Position numbers and translations under genes: made by a program. The notes under the pieces are model-generated. The model had not been told where the DNA came from, made no database searches, and saw only the letters and a program-made list of their open reading frames with translations. DNA of 64,000 nucleotides from the human T2T-CHM13v2.0 reference genome, Homo sapiens, in NCBI RefSeq assembly GCF_009914755.1, contig NC_060928.1, one strand, 5' to 3'. Shown piece after piece: positions 55,547 through 64,000 of this stretch (the first letter of the stretch is position 1; the number at the start of each line of letters is the position of its first letter).

Positions 55547-55993
55547 CTTCTTTGCCACTCGGTGTCAAAGTGGAGGACTCCGCCTTCGGCAAGCCGGCGG
55601 GGGGAGGCGCGGGCCAGGCCCCCAGCGCCGCCGCGGCCACGGCAGCCGCCATGGGCGCGGACGAGGAGGGGGCCAAGCCCAAAGTGTCCCCTTCGCTCCT
55701 GCCCTTCAGCGTGGAGGCGCTCATGGCCGACCACAGGAAGCCGGGGGCCAAGGAGAGCGCCCTGGCGCCCTCCGAGGGCGTGCAGGCGGCGGGTGGCTCG
55801 GCGCAGCCACTGGGCGTCCCGCCGGGGTCGCTGGGAGCCCCGGACGCGCCCTCTTCGCCGCGGCCGCTCGGTCATTTCTCGGTGGGGGGACTCCTCAAGC
55901 TGCCAGAAGATGCGCTCGTCAAAGCCGAGAGCCCCGAGAAGCCCGAGAGGACCCCGTGGATGCAGAGCCCCCGCTTCTCCCCGCCGCCGGCCA
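55525..55993 (+). CDS. MSX1: MSX1 exon 1 coding part (156 codons + 1 nt)
   Basis: Translates [24 protein letters not shown]...[10 protein letters not shown]...[10 protein letters not shown]...[14 protein letters not shown], recognised as the human MSX1 N-terminus. Donor CCA|GTGAGT at 55993/55994; 469 nt, phase 1. Confidence 0.98.
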
Positions 55994-58751
<2,758 letters not shown>

Positions 58752-59159
58752 AGGGTCCCAGGTCGCCCACCTGTGGGCCAGCCGATTCCTCCAGCCCTGG
58801 TGCTGTACCCCCGACGTGCTCCCCTGCTCGGCACCGCCAGCCGCCTTCCCTTTAACCCTCACACTGCTCCAGTTTCACCTCTTTGCTCCCTGAGTTCACT
58901 CTCCGAAGTCTGATCCCTGCCAAAAAGTGGCTGGAAGAGTCCCTTAGTACTCTTCTAGCATTTAGATCTACACTCTCGAGTTAAAGATGGGGAAACTGAG
59001 GGCAGAGAGGTTAACAGATTTATCTAAGGTCCCCAGCAGAATTGACAGTTGAACAGAGCTAGAGGCCATGTCTCCTGCATAGCTTTTCCCTGTCCTGACA
59101 CCAGGCAAGAAAAGCGCAGAGAAATCGGTGTCTGACGATTTTGGAAATGAGAACAATCT

Positions 59160-59160
<1 letters not shown>

Positions 59161-59196
<36 letters not shown>
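59161..59196 (+). repeat. A36 run in the 3'UTR
   Basis: Direct count. Confidence 0.9.
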
Positions 59197-59198
<2 letters not shown>

Positions 59199-59489
59199 AA
59201 AGAGAAAAAAAAGACTAGCCAGCCAGGAAGATGAATCCTAGCTTCTTCCATTGGAAAATTTAAGACAAGTTCAACAACAAAACATTTGCTCTGGGGGGCA
59301 GGGAAAACACAGATGTGTTGCAAAGGTAGGTTGAAGGGACCTCTCTCTTACCAGTACCAGAAACACAATTGTAAAATTAAAAAAAAAAAAAAAACTCTTT
59401 CTATTTAACAGTACATTTGTGTGGCTCTCAAACATCCCTTTGGAAGGGATTGTGTGTACTATGTAATATACTGTATATTTGAAATTTTA

Positions 59490-59512
59490 TTATCATTTAT
59501 ATTATAGCTATA
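59490..59512 (-). promoter_or_regulatory. Candidate TATA box for the MSX1 natural antisense RNA
   Basis: TTTATA at 59496-59501 reads TATAAA on the minus strand. An Msx1 antisense RNA starting in the 3'UTR is established; assigning it to this site is inference. Confidence 0.45.
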
Positions 59513-59519
59513 TTTGTTA

Positions 59520-59525
59520 AATAAA
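59520..59525 (+). terminator. Polyadenylation signal AATAAA
   Basis: AATAAA in an AT-rich block, followed by T/GT-rich sequence at 59550-59630. Confidence 0.8.
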
Positions 59526-60299
59526 TTAATTTTAAGCTACAAAAATTATCTCTTTACTGATTGAGTCTTTTATTTTAATTTTGCTTCTTGCTATCTCTTT
59601 ATGTGTACAGTTGCTTTTCAGTTTGACGGTACTTTTACGACAGCAACTTTGAAAGGTGATAACAGGGTATGCAGGGATAGAGGGGGGTGTCTTTTTGAAC
59701 ACCCACGACAGATCTGCATTAGGAAAGTCAAGTGGAGAGTTGAAGTAATTACCTAGGATAATTAGGCTCAATTTTCCAATTCACTTTAAGCTGAAATCGA
59801 CACTTACTCGGGCAACCTATAACCAACTCTTGCTTTCTTTCTCTCCTTTTAACCTGTCTATGAAAACAAAGCAAATCGCCCAAATGGTTTGATGAGTGTG
59901 GACAGCTAATCCAGACAATTCCCACCTCCGCAAATCTGTTTTTCCCACGGGAGGCCAGGTGGGGGATGGAAGCGATTGCGTTGCCTCTCTAAATTACCCC
60001 CACTGTAGACGCGGTTTGTGGAACTAATTTTGAGCTGCCAGAATATAAGAACCTTCTCACCCCCTATTCTGGCCGCTAAAAACACAACACAACCTAACAA
60101 AGTTTACAGAAAACCCAGGGCCACCTTCCACTCTCGCCTGGAAAGTCCTCTGCAGGAGCCCTGTTTCCAAACCCTCACAAACTCGGTTTTTCTTAAGATC
60201 AGTCTTCCAGGAGAATATATTTGCACACGCGCCAAGTTTAGCTTTCCGGGGAATTCTGCAAGGACGCCGAATGCAGAAAATTACCCCCTGATTAAATAA

Positions 60300-63200
60300 A
60301 GCCTATTAAGCTCCAGGCACCGCTCTGTTGTCTTTCGTGTTCGGGCGGCGGCAGACCTGCGCATCCCTCTCCTCCTTCAGCCTCTGTCCCGCGGTGACCC
60401 GCTCCTCCAAATTCCACGCAGGATAGCGCCGGACAGTCTGCAGTAAGCCGTTAAGCCGGAGGTCAGTAGACTAAAGATGGTTCGAAACCTGGGTACCTGG
60501 CGTTGGACTTGAACAGGGGTGAACAGCTTCACAGATAGAGACGTTAAAAACAGAGCCCCAAGGGCAGCGCGCGGTTTCTAGCCCCAGGACCCTTAGGTCG
60601 GTCTAGGAATTCCCAGCGAGCCCAGGGTTGCGGGAACGCGCCCTGGGCAGGTTCTGCACGGGCGCCGGGCACATTCCGGGGCGTCCTGGGCTTCGGATCC
60701 TCCAGCCTCTGCAGCTCGGGCAAAGGTTCTGTCTTCCCTGGCTGGAGCTGCAGTATGAACTTGTTACAACCCCGCTCCTTAAGAAGAAAAGCTTGCTGTG
60801 GAGGGCAGTTTCGCTCCTGGGGAGCCCCGGAGCTGTTGCCCTCGGCCTGGGAACTTCTAGAAAAGCACCAGAGCCCGGGTCTGGGCCTTTTCGCCCCCCA
60901 AAGGGGAGCTATGCATAACAAGGTCTCAGACTCCCACACCACGCAGCTCTCTAAAGGTGCTTTAGGGCTGAAGTGCCTCGCCGCGTTTTTTTTCTTTTTT
61001 CTTTCCTCTATAAATTAAGTAACCCTCGAATGACGGCGCGCAGGACGCCCGGCTCTGGCAAATCTGGGTTCTTTTCTGGAACACGCTAGAGACGTCCTCG
61101 TCGTGGGGTTAGTATTGAACTTGGAGTCAGAGAGCCAATGTGGTTCAGTGTGGATCAAGCCCGCCACTTACTATAAAAGATCATATCATCTCTCTGCACC
61201 GCCTTTTTCTCGTCTGTGAAATGGGCCTTGGACTCTTCCCCCTACACCCCAGGATTTGGGGGAAGTGTCGACAAGCCCCCGCGCGGGAGGGCACCCAGGG
61301 AATACCGGGTGCATCTGACTTTTCTTGGCTTACTGCGCGCCCGCAGCACTGAAGTTTTTTTCCGCGCGTTCGTGATAGGGAAATGGCAGGGCAGGATCGG
61401 GTGTCTCCCCCGGCCCCGGCTCCAGGACCTCCTGGCTCCTTGGAGTTTGGCAATTTAGGGTAGAGGCAAATTTAGAGCAACATAATTGCGGTAATGAGCA
61501 ACGGCTCACCCTCTGCAGACGCGTCGCGGCTCCAGCGAGGCGGTAGCTGCAGGCGAGGCGGGCGCGCCTCCCCGCCCCCTCCCTGCGCCGCAGCCCGGGT
61601 GCGAGGGCCCGGCCTCCCTGGGACCCCGGCCCGCGCGCGCCTCCGCCTCTGGCTGCTGGCCTTGGCTAGGGGCTTCCTTCCACTTCTGGGCCTCCGAATC
61701 TCCCCATTTTTGTTTCTGTCCGTCTAGCCCATTCTTTGCCCCCCTTTTGTTTCCGCATTCCCTCTCTGAACAGGGTGTGCACACAGAAGGTGCTCGATAA
61801 TTGTTTGCTAGATCGGAGCGGCACGCTGGTGTGGGGAGAACACCCAGAGCCACAGTCAGCCGGGTCCGGCCGGAAATCGCGGCTGCGCTTCCGGCACTGC
61901 TTCTCGTCCATCCCAGTCCTTCGAACTGTGTTCCCTGGTTTATCAACCGAGGGCGGAGTGGGCAGGGGTTTCCTGGGTCTGTTCCTTTACGGACCAATTT
62001 CCTTCTCTGGCAAGAAACATGGGATCTACCAGGCGGAGAGGTCGGCCACCTTCCGCGCTGGGAGGTAGTGATGGAGCAGTCTGCACTCACAGCCTACTGT
62101 GTGCCGGGAGTTCCCGCTCACGCTGACTCCCAACACACCTAGGAGATTTTTATAGCGCAAAGGACTGCAGCTCAGAGAGGTGACATGGTTTTCCCAAGGT
62201 TACACAGTTAATGAAGGACATAGCAGGAATTCCAACACGGATTCCACTCGAGGATCCGGTTTTTCCCGCATTGCCCATCTCCATCTGGTTGAGGGTCACC
62301 TGGTGCCTGAGCAGCTCTCCTGCGAAGTGCGCGTCGCGCTGGAAAACGGAGCGCAGAATCCGGGAACTAGTTCTGAATTTAACTCCTTGCGCTCTAACCA
62401 CGAACAGGCACTGTCCCTTGAGGAATGATAGGGGCGTCTCACCGGCCCTGCACGCTGTGAAAGCGTTTTCGTTTTGTTGGGGAGGAGACGGAAGCCTCAT
62501 TTTGCAAATTCAGCTTCTGACCACGCAGTCAAGACCAAAGCAGTCCGTGGCGTGGAAGCGGGGCAGAAATGAGGTTACCTGGCGGCAAGGGACCTGGGGC
62601 GCCTCGAGCTTTGAGCATAGGTCCGCAGGGCCGGGGCGGTTGGGGACCGGGAGGCTGGGGTGGGGCTGAAGACCTCGCGCTAAGAGCGCCTTACTTTAAG
62701 GTTAGTTTCTCGGATCGCTGAACCCGGGGCTGAAGGACCAGATTGAGCAGGAGGCCCAGTGAGGACAGTTACTGGTGAGGCAGGGGCCCCGAGTGCGAAT
62801 CCTACCGCTGCGCCCTCCTTAGTGACCCAAGGCCGGGAGGTGAGCCCAGCCGGGTCCAGGCCTGCGCCCCGCCTAGAGCCCTCGGGGGCGCAATAGGAAG
62901 CGGCGAGGAGAGGCCGCGGCCGCCTTTCAACTCTGCGGCTGGCGCCGGCCTGGCCGGGCCCCCGAGGCCGCGCGGCCTCCAAGGTTCCGTCCCGCCCTCC
63001 CAGACGCTCAGCTCGCATCGCCCCACAGTGGAACAGTCCCCCGGCCCCGACGCCGGACTCCCTGGGAAGCCCCCGACCCCCAAGTGCCACCACCAAGTGC
63101 CCACTCTCCAGAGCACTCCCAGGCCCCCACTCCAGACTTGCGGAATTTGTTCCGCTCCACTCAACAGCTCCCACGCCTGCCGCGCACTCCGCCCCCTTCC

Positions 63201-63350
63201 CAGGCCCAGGGGGACCCTGCCTCCACCCCGCCTGCCTCCCCCACAGCGCCCTCCCGCGGCCCTCAGCTCACAGCCAGCTCTCCCAGCGCCTGCTCACTGT
63301 AGTTCCGGTGCTGGACGCTGGCCTTGGCTCCCTGCGTTACAAGTAGATCC
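60300..63350. promoter_or_regulatory. Downstream CpG-island cluster
   Basis: Several CpG-dense blocks (about 60330-61100, 61270-62150, 62300-63350) with no credible coding frame. Confidence 0.75.
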
Positions 63351-63354
63351 TCAA

Positions 63355-63700
63355 GTGCGCACACGCACACGACCAACACACGTCATCCACACGACATAGC
63401 AACACACACCGAAACAGACACACATGACACTCACATGCAACACACATGTATAACCCATATGCAGACACCAACACACGCGGTACACACAAACGAATCAACA
63501 CACATCACCCACCACACATACCCAGCACATACACACAAGGCTGACAAACACAAACACAACGCATAAATCAACACGTATCACCAACACACCCAGCCACGCA
63601 CAACTAATACATGCTAGACACAAAACCAACACACACCCAACACCCACAATCAACTCTCACATCCCACACCCACAAGCCCTAGTTATAGAGGCAACCATAC
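63355..63700. repeat. Degenerate CA-rich simple repeat
   Basis: Direct reading. Confidence 0.85.
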
Positions 63701-64000
63701 ACACTCAAGGCCACTCTCTAACATCTTCCACAGGGGTTCTGGTGACACAGACACATATAATATTGGGAGAAAGGGGGAGGGAGACCCCAGAGATAGACAT
63801 AGATGGGAGAGAGAAACCAAGGAGGTGCTGTATTGAGAGGCGTTCAGACTCAGGGACTCCAGGGAGGAGGAGCAAAGCCACGCGAGACCTGAGCGGCAGA
63901 AGCTCAATACAGCAAGCCAGAAGCTCAGCTCAGAGCACAAGGCGTGAGAGCGCTGGGTGCTCTGCTGTGCTGACACCAGAGGGTAAGCGCGGATTCTGGC

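Larger units (their letters stand above)
58752..59540 (+). other. MSX1: MSX1 3'UTR
   Basis: Runs from the TAG to an AT-rich terminal block with AATAAA; contains a MIR fragment (about 58980-59070), A36 and A16 runs. Confidence 0.8.

Overview
Primate, almost certainly human, genomic DNA covering the MSX1 homeobox locus. The only supported protein-coding gene is MSX1 on the + strand: exon 1 CDS 55525-55993 and exon 2 CDS 58309-58751, 303 aa, with eh1 motifs, a TPWM hexapeptide and a homeodomain. It lies in a cluster of CpG-rich blocks spanning about 48.4-63.4 kb. The upstream 48 kb is gene-poor and full of Alu, L1, L2, MIR, MaLR/ERVL LTR and MER5 remnants. Between them are repeat-free islands rich in homeodomain, TCF, SOX and FOX motifs that look like enhancers. 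Almost all ORFs in the supplied track are repeat-derived or GC-rich shadow frames. I found no new multi-gene system. The best leads are (1) an overlapping 23-codon uORF that skips MSX1 Met1 and stops on Met7 (ATGA overlap), downstream of a 5'UTR G-quadruplex motif; (2) a recurring CTAATTG + GGCGCC + TCF motif combination around the gene; (3) candidate remote enhancers; (4) an apparently non-reference MSX1 haplotype; and (5) unusual retroelement structures. Repeat subfamily names, boundaries, literature matches and reference-allele comparisons are from memory and by eye, not from any search.
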